DNA of 64,000 nt from a virus. Of the stretch, positions 1-9,518 are shown in pieces (the first letter of the stretch is position 1; every line of letters begins with the position of its first letter). Position numbers and translations under genes: made by a program. The stretch is from IMG/VR virus record IMGVR_UViG_3300045988_169405. One strand, 5' to 3'. Under the pieces are notes generated by a model. The model saw only the letters and a program-made list of their open reading frames with translations, ran no database searches and was not told the DNA's origin.

Positions 1-14
1 AGGGGTTCCTTTCG

Positions 15-341
15 TTAGTTTTCGAGGGTCACGCTTAGCCCGCCGGTAGAATCATGGAAGCTGTCAATGATTTTCACGCGGGTGCTACGGTTCATGTTCT
101 TGGTGAACTCTTCGAGTGCTTGGATTTCTTCACCCTCGGCAACGCCGCCAATGATGAAGGTTCCATCTACGGGCTGGTTACTAGGTACGACCTGCCAGCT
201 AGTGTCGCCGGTGCGTTCAAAGTCGCCGCGCATTACGGTAATGTTCTTGAATGACACGGGGATAGTAATTTCGCTTACTTCATTACCGTTTTCGTAGGTG
301 TCGATAATGACCGCGTATGCACCGAGTGTAATGCGTGCCAT
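15..341 (-). CDS. hypothetical small protein (108 aa)
   Basis: ORF; AAGGAG RBS; promoter module directly upstream (398-452). Confidence 0.6.
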   Translation of the reverse strand: MARITLGAYAVIIDTYENGNEVSEITIPVSFKNITVMRGDFERTGDTSWQVVPSNQPVDGTFIIGGVAEGEEIQALEEFTKNMNRSTRVKIIDSFHDSTGGLSVTLEN

Positions 342-397
342 ATGGGTACTCCTTATGTGGGGTATTGCCTTATAGGGGCTAACTAATTGTTATGTAA

Positions 398-452
398 CCA
401 TTATGGCACACTCTAGTTGGGTGTGCAACTTGGAACCATGTGAAATAGGTAA
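398..452 (-). promoter_or_regulatory. conserved promoter module: TGTGA-N6-TCACA-like palindrome + TTGCAC-N17-CATAAT
   Basis: copy 1. Confidence 0.55.
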
Positions 453-519
453 CAGTACACCAAAAGACCCCCTCCAAATCACAAGATTCAGAGGGGGCAA
501 CCGAAAGGTTAGGGACTAA

Positions 520-2121
520 CTAGCTCTTGTTTTCCCACGGGAAACCAGCATCAATACCACGCTCAAGAAGCGGGATAAGCTCGAACCCCTTATCAGTCAG
601 ACCACCAAGCGACCAGCGGCGCTCCTTAGCCTCCATATGAGCCGCCTCATACCCGGCAAGGTTCCAGGTGAAGACATTCACATGCGCCGGTACATAGCGG
701 TCAAGAACCTCATCGACAGTGTACTCATCACCCCAGTACCTACGGGCATTAAGGCTCTGCTCATCACTGATAATGAGGATACGGTCATGACCATTATAAG
801 ACTCACGCAGAGCCTTAGCGGTAGCGGTACCACCACGAGCCTCCGGCATGTCATTCTCAACAACACGCAACAGGTCATTAGAGGTAATCTTAACCTTCTC
901 AACCTGAGTATCGAACGCCACAACATCAACGCGACCCTTATTCTTCAGAGCAAAGGCGGCGGCGAACATGTTAGCGGCATCCTGACGCGACAGAGAGCTA
1001 CGCTCAGAAAGGCGGCTACCCATAGAGCCGGAACGGTCAAGAAGAAGCAGGGTGCGACCCGGCAACTCCGGCACATTATCCAGCACACTATTAGCACCCG
1101 CCTGTAGTGCGGCGGCAAAATCAAGCGGCGCGTTCTTGTAAGCGGCAAGGAAGTTAATCGGCATAGTCTTCGCACGCACAATAGCTTCCTCATCACGCAA
1201 CTTACGGTTAATCTTCTCGATAGTATCGTAAGACACACCCGCGTTGCTGATACGGCTCAGGTTCATACGAAGCGCCTGGTAACCCATATGGTCAATGAGG
1301 TTATCCCAAACCTCAGCCGGGATAACACCAATAGTACCCGCAATTACCTCATGGGTAAGACGCGCATCCTTGATGATACGGTCAGCGGATTCCTTATCGG
1401 AAAGAACCTTAATCTTCTCATCCTTGGTGAGGTTCAAGAAGTCACGGCGTGCCTTCATGACGGACAGCTCTTCAAGGTTCGGCTCACGACCGTAAGCAGA
1501 ATCAATGATAGCGCCGTACAGGTTCTCACGGTACTTATCAGACGGCTTCGGGTGAACAAGGTTCACCACATCAGCAAGAGTGAAAGCACCCTTAGCCATA
1601 CGACCCTGCCACTTCAAAACACTGTTCTCAGTAACAGACCTATTCAGGGCATCAGCAATACCACGCTTCACAGCAGACGGCACCTTACGACCAAAACGAG
1701 AGAACCAATAAGCCAGGAACTCACTAGACTCATCCAGACGACCAATAGCGGCAGAAACAAGGGCACGGTTACCACCACTCAAACCAGCCTCCAGGCGCGC
1801 ATGAACAGCTTCAGCGGCAATCATTGCCGGTACAGCACGAAGACCCGCCTCCTGGCGAAGCCAACCAATCAGACCCTCAAGCCAAACATTATCGTCTGCA
1901 ACCTGCTTCACAAGACCAGCGATACGGTCAGCACGCGCGTCAGCCTTCTCATAGAACGTATCCTCATTCAGCGAAGTAACGGCGGCTAGGAACAGCTCAG
2001 CCTTCGGGGTACGCTTCCAGCCGGTACCACCCTCAAAGGTGCTGATACGCTCGCCGGTAGTGTCAATCTTATTAGTCGCCTTGTTAGCGGTCACATGGTT
2101 CTTAGTGTTGAATCGTCCCAT
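520..2121 (-). CDS. rsr: Ro60/Rsr-like protein: N-terminal TROVE-like domain + C-terminal von Willebrand A domain (MIDAS motif D-R-S-G-S: LLLDRSGSMGS)
   Basis: 533 aa; the vWA DxSxS motif is read directly; TROVE+vWA architecture and size match Ro60; candidate Y-RNA repeats lie adjacent. Confidence 0.6.
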   Translation of the reverse strand: MGRFNTKNHVTANKATNKIDTTGERISTFEGGTGWKRTPKAELFLAAVTSLNEDTFYEKADARADRIAGLVKQVADDNVWLEGLIGWLRQEAGLRAVPAMIAAEAVHARLEAGLSGGNRALVSAAIGRLDESSEFLAYWFSRFGRKVPSAVKRGIADALNRSVTENSVLKWQGRMAKGAFTLADVVNLVHPKPSDKYRENLYGAIIDSAYGREPNLEELSVMKARRDFLNLTKDEKIKVLSDKESADRIIKDARLTHEVIAGTIGVIPAEVWDNLIDHMGYQALRMNLSRISNAGVSYDTIEKINRKLRDEEAIVRAKTMPINFLAAYKNAPLDFAAALQAGANSVLDNVPELPGRTLLLLDRSGSMGSRLSERSSLSRQDAANMFAAAFALKNKGRVDVVAFDTQVEKVKITSNDLLRVVENDMPEARGGTATAKALRESYNGHDRILIISDEQSLNARRYWGDEYTVDEVLDRYVPAHVNVFTWNLAGYEAAHMEAKERRWSLGGLTDKGFELIPLLERGIDAGFPWENKS

Positions 2122-2249
2122 GATAGGGGTTCCTTCCTATAGTTACTGTTTGGGGTGGCTGGTTGATGCCCCTTATCTGTTGTGCTTGCTTGTTTTTGGG
2201 TAAAAGAAATGGGGGTGCGGAGAACCAGCCATGTCGAGGTTAGTTACTA

Positions 2250-2455
2250 GCCGACAAAGGCGACCGGTTTCGTTGCAAATTTACAGATTTGTTTGAAGTA
2301 ACTCGACAAATTCACATCCACACCCCCAAAGGGGAGCAAATATATTACACTATATTCGCTAGTGCCCGTAGCAAGTTCGACCCTGCGTGTCACCTTTCAG
2401 TGCAACACCCCCTATTGGGGTGCGGGCTTTGAAGTGTTGGAATTGTAGAGAATGG
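2250..2455 (+). ncRNA. candidate Y-RNA-like / tRNA-like ncRNA, repeat unit 1 of 3 (strand uncertain)
   Basis: tandem ~235-bp repeat; T-arm-like GCAAGTTCGACCCTGCG at ~2370; hairpin CACCCC-ctatt-GGGGTG; adjacent to the Ro60 gene. Confidence 0.35.
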
Positions 2456-2464
2456 AGCTTATCG

Positions 2465-2700
2465 AGGGTGTTTGACTAGTCTAAAGGCGACCAGTTCATG
2501 ATTCTAAGCAATTCCCAAAATTGTTGAAGTAACTCGATAATCGCGCTTCTACAATTCCAAGTGTAGCACAGGGGTTATCCCCCTGCAAGTGTTCATAACA
2601 GGTTTGACTCTGTGTGCCACCTTTCGGCGCAACACCCCCTGCGGGGTATGAACTGTTATTGTGTTGAAGGTACAGAGAATTAGTCTCAATCGAGGTTGTA
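2465..2700 (+). ncRNA. candidate Y-RNA-like / tRNA-like ncRNA, repeat unit 2 of 3
   Basis: same unit; ACAGGTTTGACTCTGTG T-arm-like; hairpin ACCCC-ctgc-GGGGT (covariation versus unit 1). Confidence 0.35.
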
Positions 2701-2704
2701 TTTA

Positions 2705-2940
2705 ACTAGCCCGCCGGTTATTAGCCAGCAGGTGATTAGTTGTTAGCAATTCCCATAATTGTTTAGAAGTAACTCGATTGAATCGCTTCTGTACTCTCAA
2801 GTTTATTATAGCAAACCTTGTTTAGGCCTGCAAGTGCCTGTAGCAGGTTCGACTCTGCGTGCTCTGAGCACCCACCCTTATGGTGGTACAGGCTCCATTG
2901 GGCTCGCGCCCCCTTGGATAGCAACCGCAAGTCTTTCAGG
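2705..2940 (+). ncRNA. candidate Y-RNA-like / tRNA-like ncRNA, repeat unit 3 of 3
   Basis: same unit; GCAGGTTCGACTCTGCG (GGTTCGA T-loop-like); hairpin CACC-cttat-GGTG. Confidence 0.35.
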
Positions 2941-3037
2941 TTTCCCTGTCGTCCTTACACATATAACTATAACGTACCTGCGTGGGGTATGCAAGTCAAA
3001 AACTAACTATTTTCGTATGGGCTTCACCACACCCCTT

Positions 3038-3388
3038 TTACTGGGTGACATATGCTTCGATTCGACCGTTGCCGCAGTGGATAATGTGAGTGTCCTTAGC
3101 CTTGACGCGGGTGTTAGTGGTGTTGGTGTACATGTTGGTGGTTGCCGCTAGGTTGTATCGGAGCCAGTGGGTAGCGTTGCCGCCCTTTTCCATGTTTCGG
3201 ATTACGGGCTTGAGGTTGCTTGAGTTGAGGCGTTCTAGGGTTGCGCGGCGGGTGATGGTGGTGGTGGGTCGCCCCTTCTTGTCATTGAGTCGGAGGGCGG
3301 TGATGGTGCCGGTCTTCTTGTCGTATTCAATGGTGATGCGCTGACTGGCTCGCTTGTTGCGGCGGCTAAAAAGCTTGAAGATGTTCAT
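3038..3388 (-). CDS. hypothetical basic protein (116 aa)
   Basis: ORF; degenerate copy of the promoter module at ~2945-3010. Confidence 0.55.
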   Translation of the reverse strand: MNIFKLFSRRNKRASQRITIEYDKKTGTITALRLNDKKGRPTTTITRRATLERLNSSNLKPVIRNMEKGGNATHWLRYNLAATTNMYTNTTNTRVKAKDTHIIHCGNGRIEAYVTQ

Positions 3389-3478
3389 TGGTGGGTTCCT
3401 TTCAGTGTGTAGTGGTTTGGGTTACCCCCCCCTATGGGTGGTTTGTGTACCCATAGGGGGAGGGGCTGGTCTTTGGGG

Positions 3479-3838
3479 TTAGGGCTTCTCTACTACTTCT
3501 GCGACCAGGTAGAAGATGCCGATGTTATCTTCTTCAACCTTGACGTTCTGGAAGCCGTATCGCTTACCGTCACCAAGCGGGTTATCTAGAGTGACTGCGA
3601 GAAGCTGGACAATAATGTTGGTTCGTGCGATTACTACCCAGGTTTCCATGTCACTATCAGTCATATTGTCGCTGTAGTATTCGACTACGGGGTTAGGGAT
3701 AGGAAGAATGAACTCGCCGTATTCCTCCCAGGTGTCAGTGTCCAGGATGGTAGCGGTTGCAATGCGCGCACCGTTGCCGTTCTTCTCGTCAAACTCGTAG
3801 GTAATGTTTGCGATAGCGTCCATGACGGTTCCTTTCAC
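3479..3838 (-). CDS. hypothetical acidic protein (119 aa)
   Basis: ORF; promoter module upstream at 3903-3960. Confidence 0.6.
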   Translation of the reverse strand: MKGTVMDAIANITYEFDEKNGNGARIATATILDTDTWEEYGEFILPIPNPVVEYYSDNMTDSDMETWVVIARTNIIVQLLAVTLDNPLGDGKRYGFQNVKVEEDNIGIFYLVAEVVEKP

Positions 3839-3902
3839 AGGTGGTGAATCCTATAGGGGTTCCTATAGGGGGTTTCAGGGTTTCCCCCTTTGCTTATGTA
3901 AC

Positions 3903-3960
3903 TATTATGCCACACTCTAGCGGGGTACGCAAGTCGAAACAATGTGAACCTGGTCACATT
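3903..3960 (-). promoter_or_regulatory. conserved promoter module (ATGTGAACCTGGTCACAT + TTGCGT-N17-CATAAT)
   Basis: copy 2. Confidence 0.6.
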
Positions 3961-3982
3961 CTATTTGTGAGTGCATAAAACC

Positions 3983-4012
3983 CCCTAGCGGAACTATTAC
4001 TAGGGGGTTTCT
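3983..4012 (-). terminator. hairpin AAACCCCCTAG...CTAGGGGGTTT followed by TTTTAT on the minus strand
   Basis: inverted repeat; downstream of the stop of 4029-4442. Confidence 0.55.
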
Positions 4013-4028
4013 AGGACTACCTATAAGG

Positions 4029-4442
4029 TTAGGCGGTTAGCTCCAGCGGCTCCGGGTCAGCGTACCGCATAACAATGTTGCCGCTGTAACGCTCAAGGTG
4101 GGTAATCTTGAACTCAAGCGGGAAAGTCTGAGCATCAACCATAAGAGCCGCAATGTCACGAAGGATAGGTGAGGTGAGCGGGAACTCTGCCTCAAACTCA
4201 TAACCGCCGGTGCTAATCGTCACAAACAGGGACTTCATGGAATTACCAACGCCGTCCGGGTCTTCGTCCTGTCGAATCTGGAAGCCGGTAGCGGTCAAGT
4301 CCTGGTCGTTGATAGTGGCAATATCTTCAGGGTCGAACTTACCGTCAAAGAAGCCGAGGATAGTGAAACCAGAAACGAAAATACTGTTTTCGTACATGAT
4401 AGAGGGGTTCTCCTTGCGATTGGAAAATCTGACATGTACCAC
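4029..4442 (-). CDS. hypothetical protein (137 aa)
   Basis: ORF followed by hairpin terminator 3983-4012. Confidence 0.6.
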   Translation of the reverse strand: MVHVRFSNRKENPSIMYENSIFVSGFTILGFFDGKFDPEDIATINDQDLTATGFQIRQDEDPDGVGNSMKSLFVTISTGGYEFEAEFPLTSPILRDIAALMVDAQTFPLEFKITHLERYSGNIVMRYADPEPLELTA

Positions 4443-4639
4443 CCGGTAGGTGAATCACCTGCTAGATATTCAAGGTGGCACCCACCCAGTATACCAGTAC
4501 TGCTGACTGGGTGCCAACCCGCGCCTGTGTGTCCCGTATCGGGGCAGGTTTAGATGTCGCATATCTTACGGCTCGTTATGGACACTCACGAGTTAGCACA
4601 ACGTGATTCAGGGCGCTCTTTTTTATTCTTCAAAAATCC

Positions 4640-5060
4640 ACCTCCAGAACCCTTATAGTCCCCGTCAGGGTAACCATCTATTAGCTATCTACAATCCACC
4701 CCCTATCTAATCCAGGGTGAACCTATATAACCTTCTCGCGCACGCGCGTAATAATCTTTATCCCCATCTATAGTCATTATGCCCCAAATACCCCGTTTTA
4801 CCCCGGTATTACAAGGAACAACCACCCCCAAGACGGGGCGGAAACTCCCAAATAGTCACCGGTAGAGCCCTTATAGTCACCCCCAAATAGTCCCCGCAAA
4901 CTCCCAAATAACCACCCCCAAAAAGCCCTAATAGTCACCCAAGGGCCCTTATAGTCACCGGGGTGCCCTGGCATTGATTGGGCGCTTCTATACCTTGCCG
5001 CTAGAGCCCTTATAGTCACCCCTGCATTGAGCTACAAGAGTCCCCTATAGTCACCGCGCC
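4640..5060. repeat. iteron-like direct repeats, (G)CCCTTATAGTCACC in at least 6 copies plus CTCCCAAATA(G/A) sub-repeats
   Basis: copies at ~4650, 4867, 4926, 4945, 5006, 5042; lies in an ~800-bp noncoding region. Confidence 0.7.
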
Positions 5061-5235
5061 ATAGAAGCCGCTCTAAGTAGCGCAAATAATGTGAAGTAAT
5101 CATGAGTCATAAACCCTAAATAATCCCCACAGTGGGCTTCCTGTACCTTCCTATAGGGTCTTTATAGGCATAGTAATACCCCCATAAGATTCAATGACCT
5201 TACGGGGGTATTACTTATAGATGGGGTGTTAGGCG

Positions 5236-6216
5236 CTACTGGTCGCTTTTCTTGATGTACTTTTGAGCTTCACTCTTGGGTACATGGAACGCAATTTTTG
5301 CGCGTCCAGCATCCCAAGCGTTCACGGCACAGCCCGTGTCACGACCTTCTACGCAGAGCGGCTGTCCATCAAAAACAGTCAGCCGAGTGCGATACAAGGG
5401 GGTGTACTCGACATACGCCTTACCAGGCTCCTGGTCTTCAATAATAAAGTACTTATCAGGCGTGTAGGTGACTTCCTGCTTAGCCGGTGATTCACCTTCC
5501 TGCACCCAAGCATATAGGGGCTTCGTAGGTTTATTGGCACTCTTGGCACTATCAAGTAGAGTATCGCTAGGGGTGCCGCCCGTGTTCTGGATTTCGTGTG
5601 CTATCTGCTGTTGCCCATTATTACTATCCAGCTCTCGTAGTGGGTACTTGATGGTCACGGTCTGGTGCGTACCATTTTCAACCTTCGTATCAGGCATTAG
5701 CTCCAACGCCTTAACATTAGGGCTTACAACGGCAAGGGTTACCAGGGCAATGCTGACAATAATCTTTAGGATTGAACTAACCATAATCTTGCCGTATTCC
5801 TTGTAGCCATATTCCCATAGGGCGTGCGGGTTTTTATGAACCCACCAATCATGGGTGAGGCGGTCGCACCCGAACAATATTTCAAAACCTTCAAAACCTG
5901 GGTCTTCCGGCACGCCTTCGGGAATGTCCTTATTGAAAAAGAACGCCGGTATGATTGCGGCAATAATTAGCCCACCAATAACGTAAGGGACAACCTGGGC
6001 ATCTAGCTTTAGAGTCACCGCAACAGCAATAAGCATGAAGATGAAACTGAAACTTTTCAGCTCTGAAGGCACAGGGTCAAAGGACGGCAGAGGCCCCTTG
6101 AAATTTCGTTCTTTGAACTCTTTAATTCCTTTGGTGAGCCGCCATGCAACTATCGCCTTATAAACTTGAAACGGAATGAAGGCAATGAGCATTAGCAACA
6201 GGAGCGTTAGGAACAT
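5236..6216 (-). CDS. membrane protein (several N-terminal TM helices + C-terminal soluble domain)
   Basis: hydrophobic segments in the translation. Confidence 0.55.
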   Translation of the reverse strand: MFLTLLLLMLIAFIPFQVYKAIVAWRLTKGIKEFKERNFKGPLPSFDPVPSELKSFSFIFMLIAVAVTLKLDAQVVPYVIGGLIIAAIIPAFFFNKDIPEGVPEDPGFEGFEILFGCDRLTHDWWVHKNPHALWEYGYKEYGKIMVSSILKIIVSIALVTLAVVSPNVKALELMPDTKVENGTHQTVTIKYPLRELDSNNGQQQIAHEIQNTGGTPSDTLLDSAKSANKPTKPLYAWVQEGESPAKQEVTYTPDKYFIIEDQEPGKAYVEYTPLYRTRLTVFDGQPLCVEGRDTGCAVNAWDAGRAKIAFHVPKSEAQKYIKKSDQ

Positions 6217-6329
6217 GATAACTATTCTTTCTGTAGGTAATGTTCACTGTCCACTATACCCGATTCGCGTAGAGTAAAGCCATGCCCCTAACCTGTTCTC
6301 CAAGTTAGGGGCATAGGGTTCTTGTTTAC

Positions 6330-8030
6330 CGGTGGGAAGGGTGCATGACTGTTGCTGAGTTTATTGATATTGCGCCCATGATTTAATATTGATAATATTA
6401 GATACATTAGCCGCAACCCAAAGACACTAGAGAGGAGGGTGCGTTGGCAAAGAACAAAACCTATAGGGCGTTTGTCGCGCGCCCAACCCATGTTCTCGAC
6501 TTGAACGGTGAGCTACTGGAAGCCGCGCCTATCATGGCTCAGCTCACTACTGAGGTTCGCGGCATTTCGTCTTACGCAACTTACGTTACCCGTAACGACA
6601 CTCAGCTTGAGGCGGGTCTGGCAACGGCTGGCACTGCCCAGCCTGCGGTTGTGGGTCGCCGCGCGGGTATCACTATGCCCGAGTTTCTTGTAACCGGCAA
6701 GTCTGGTAGGTCGCGTAAAGAATGGCTGGTTAGGTATAACGTCGTCACAGCTTTCCGTTCCTGGCAGGAACGCATCAAAGCCGTAAACGGTGAAAGTGAT
6801 AAGTATGTTTCGCAGGGCTGGAAACGCACCGTGAATGACTCGGCCCCCACGTATGGCGAGGGCACTATCAATCTCGGTGCTGTAGACCGTTGCTACGCCG
6901 TAATTGAGAACAATCCGTTTGTTGATGGTGAGATTACCCTCAAGATGGTTATCCGTGGCGCATGGTATCGCCTATTTTTCCCCTTCGATAATACCCGCTT
7001 CACTGAGGGTAAGGTCACTTTGCCACTCATCAAGGTTCAGGACGGCGCGCCCGTTTTCATTTTCTCCGTGGTGACGGATAACCCGATTGTCCAGTTCTCT
7101 GGTGACTATGTTATCGGCGTGGATGTTGGTATCAATGATTATGCTACCGTCGTGGTTCGCAATACTGTAACGGGTGAAATCACTCACCAGACGACACTCT
7201 CTCAGCGTGTCCATTCGCTCTGGAATAGTGTTCGTGCGTCTGAGCGGCAGGTGCGTCAGCTTAGAGAGAAAGCCGCCCGGTTGTTGAATGACCGCCCATA
7301 TGAGCGTCAAGCAATTATGGCGGCACTAGACGAGGCACAACTCCACCGCAAGGCGGCCTCTAGGAAGAAACGTGAACTCGCTATCCTTGCCGCCCAGGAA
7401 ATTGCTTATTTGTCGCATTTCTTTGGTAATGCTGTTGTTGCTGTTGAAGACCTCAGCTGGATTACGAATACCATGCAGAACGGCAGGTGGAACAGGGGCG
7501 CGTTCACCCAATGGCTCACCCATTACGTCAGTCAGAATGGTGGGTGGGTCGTATCTGTGAGCTCTTTTAATACGTCGCAGGTATGCCATGTGTGCGGTGT
7601 GGAAGTCACACACCCTGAACACAGGGTATCTATATGCTCTAAGCACGGCATGATGGATAGGGACGTGAACGCCGCCGCAAACATTGCGGCGCGCGCTGTA
7701 CCGAAGGTTGAGAAGGCGCGTAAGAAGCGTTCCAGGAACAGTAAGCTCCAACCGCAGGCTCCTCTGAAAACCCCGGTAGCTAGGGGCTCTTTGAAGTACC
7801 CTGGTCGTGATAGGACGAAGAACGCGCCTACACCAAAAAGGAAGAACCACTCCCAAGTTTCTAGGGAGGTGACTCTTCCTTCTAGCCCCGCTAGGGCACA
7901 AGCAAAATGCTTGGAAGCCAGCGTACTAGCGGACTGCCTCGCATACGGTGTTGCAGGGACTTCTCAAGCGGCTATCAAACAGGGAACCATAACCAAATAT
8001 AGGTTATGTAGCCCTATTTGATACAGTATT
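6330..8030 (+). mobile_element. putative IS605-family (tnpB-only) insertion; ends not precisely defined
   Basis: opposite strand to every other gene; AT-rich left flank; right end abuts the stop of 8014-9099. Confidence 0.55.
6444..8021 (+). CDS. tnpB: IS605/IS1341-family TnpB (OrfB) RuvC-like nuclease; TTG start. The long C-terminal tail is probably read-through over the omega-RNA/right-end region
   Basis: RuvC-I IGVDVGINDYATVVV, RuvC-II AVEDLSW, Zn ribbon CHVCG...CSKHG, RuvC-III DRDVNAAANIA; only plus-strand gene; AT-rich 5' flank. Confidence 0.8.
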   Translation: MAKNKTYRAFVARPTHVLDLNGELLEAAPIMAQLTTEVRGISSYATYVTRNDTQLEAGLATAGTAQPAVVGRRAGITMPEFLVTGKSGRSRKEWLVRYNVVTAFRSWQERIKAVNGESDKYVSQGWKRTVNDSAPTYGEGTINLGAVDRCYAVIENNPFVDGEITLKMVIRGAWYRLFFPFDNTRFTEGKVTLPLIKVQDGAPVFIFSVVTDNPIVQFSGDYVIGVDVGINDYATVVVRNTVTGEITHQTTLSQRVHSLWNSVRASERQVRQLREKAARLLNDRPYERQAIMAALDEAQLHRKAASRKKRELAILAAQEIAYLSHFFGNAVVAVEDLSWITNTMQNGRWNRGAFTQWLTHYVSQNGGWVVSVSSFNTSQVCHVCGVEVTHPEHRVSICSKHGMMDRDVNAAANIAARAVPKVEKARKKRSRNSKLQPQAPLKTPVARGSLKYPGRDRTKNAPTPKRKNHSQVSREVTLPSSPARAQAKCLEASVLADCLAYGVAGTSQAAIKQGTITKYRLCSPI

Positions 8031-9099
8031 GCCACAGGCTGTCAGGCTGGTTAGCCGCCAACAGCTTACCCCATGCCTTGTTTACTTCCTTGAGGTTTAC
8101 CTCTTCGGTGTTGCCGGGGGTGTGCATCTTAATGTACTTGTCGTACAGTTCGGGTGCGTCGATTCGTGCCAGTTCCCAGCCGATGCACTTGCAGGTGTTG
8201 TCGTGCTGTTCAGGGTTTCGGCAGTATCGGGTAATGCCGTCGGTGAAGGTGTGCAGTTCGTCTACACGGTTATAGATGCCCTGCATGTTCCATGCCATGC
8301 GTACCGTGCCGTAGGGGTCGGCGGCGGTGTATCCGTCCTCATCGAGTGGGTACAGGCTTTCACTGAACACGAGGGGGCTACCTTCGGTGGTTACAGCCGA
8401 GTCAGCACCAAACAGTTCGTTCTCACCATATGAGGGGTCGGACTCGATGGCGATATTACCCCCCAGGATGTAGCGCCACAGGCTTACCTTTCCGGTAATG
8501 TTTGCGGTGCCCTTGATTGTTACGCGGTCTACTTCATAGAGTCCACGCAGGTCGCTAGGGGCTTCACTGATAATGGTGACCTTGTAGAAGTACTTGACGG
8601 GGCTCGGGAGGGTCATGGTGCCGTCCAGGTATACATGCTCGAAACGCCCCTCCGGGGTGATTCCGTCACCACGGAAGAAGCACCAACCGTAGAAGGTAGT
8701 CTTGTGGGTGGTTGCCATGTTGAATCGGGTACCACCCATGAGGAATACACGGGTTTCCGGCACAGAGTCACGCTTCACATAACCGCCTACAAACTGGGTG
8801 AGGGTACGGATGGGAATAGTCACGGTCTTATCTTCATGGTTCCAGGTAACACCCTGCAAGTTATCGAAGTCTTCAAGGAAGAACAAGGGGTTGAGCTGAC
8901 GGCGCACCGTGATAGTAATCAGCTCCTTACCCGCCTGCTGAAGCTTACGAAGCTCAGGGTACAGGATAGGGTAGGGGTTAATATCATCATCGGTGGTACC
9001 GTAGCGGTAGGCATTTGCCAACTGTCCGGTGGGCGCAATATCCGCCGGGGTTAGGGGTCGCACCTCATACGGTACGGTAACGGTCTTATGTGCAGGCAT
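8014..9099 (-). CDS. hypothetical protein (361 aa)
   Basis: ORF. Confidence 0.6.
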   Translation of the reverse strand: MPAHKTVTVPYEVRPLTPADIAPTGQLANAYRYGTTDDDINPYPILYPELRKLQQAGKELITITVRRQLNPLFFLEDFDNLQGVTWNHEDKTVTIPIRTLTQFVGGYVKRDSVPETRVFLMGGTRFNMATTHKTTFYGWCFFRGDGITPEGRFEHVYLDGTMTLPSPVKYFYKVTIISEAPSDLRGLYEVDRVTIKGTANITGKVSLWRYILGGNIAIESDPSYGENELFGADSAVTTEGSPLVFSESLYPLDEDGYTAADPYGTVRMAWNMQGIYNRVDELHTFTDGITRYCRNPEQHDNTCKCIGWELARIDAPELYDKYIKMHTPGNTEEVNLKEVNKAWGKLLAANQPDSLWQYCIK

Positions 9100-9129
9100 G
9101 TTAGTTCTCCTTCGGGTGTGTGGTAGAGA

Positions 9130-9393
9130 CTAGTAGGTATCTACGGTTTCGGTAATCTTGGTGTGGTTATTGGCGGTGTTCATCTCGAACCTAAATTCCT
9201 TAATGGTTGATTTCAAGCCGTCTTCAATGGTTACGGTAGCTTCACCGATAATCGGGTTCTTTAGCTTATCGTCTTCGTTTACATAGGTGAAAACGTCACC
9301 ACAGATTAGGAAGCCCTTAATGTTGTATTCTTCGATAGCGGCTTCCTTGACAGATTCTTCGATTACCTGGTCAATGGCATTAGAGATAGTCAT
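9130..9393 (-). CDS. hypothetical protein (87 aa)
   Basis: ORF; promoter module 9463-9518. Confidence 0.55.
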   Translation of the reverse strand: MTISNAIDQVIEESVKEAAIEEYNIKGFLICGDVFTYVNEDDKLKNPIIGEATVTIEDGLKSTIKEFRFEMNTANNHTKITETVDTY

Positions 9394-9462
9394 GGGGGTA
9401 TTCCTTTTCTGTGGTGAGTAGGTATTTCCTTGTGGCGGTATCCATAACCACCATTCATATAA

Positions 9463-9518
9463 CCATTATGACACACTCTAAACCCCTATGCAAGTTAGAA
9501 TTACGTGAAATAGGTAAC
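9463..9518 (-). promoter_or_regulatory. conserved promoter module
   Basis: copy 3. Confidence 0.55.

Noticed and set aside
1288-1989. 233-aa plus-strand ORF antisense to the Ro60 gene (also 637-1107)
   Set aside because: Low-complexity antisense translation entirely inside a well-supported minus-strand gene; no RBS or promoter module.
2250-2940. Possible CRISPR array (regular repeats)
   Set aside because: The units are ~235 bp and mutually diverged with no short identical repeat/spacer structure, and there are no cas genes; a structured-RNA tandem array fits better.
4798-5019. 73-aa minus-strand ORF
   Set aside because: It lies across the iteron repeat array, is composed of repeat-derived peptides and has no RBS; likely non-coding.
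8014-9099. Possible polynucleotide kinase/phosphatase (to complete an RNA-repair set)
   Set aside because: No P-loop (GxxxxGK[ST]) or DxDxT phosphatase motif is visible; left as hypothetical.
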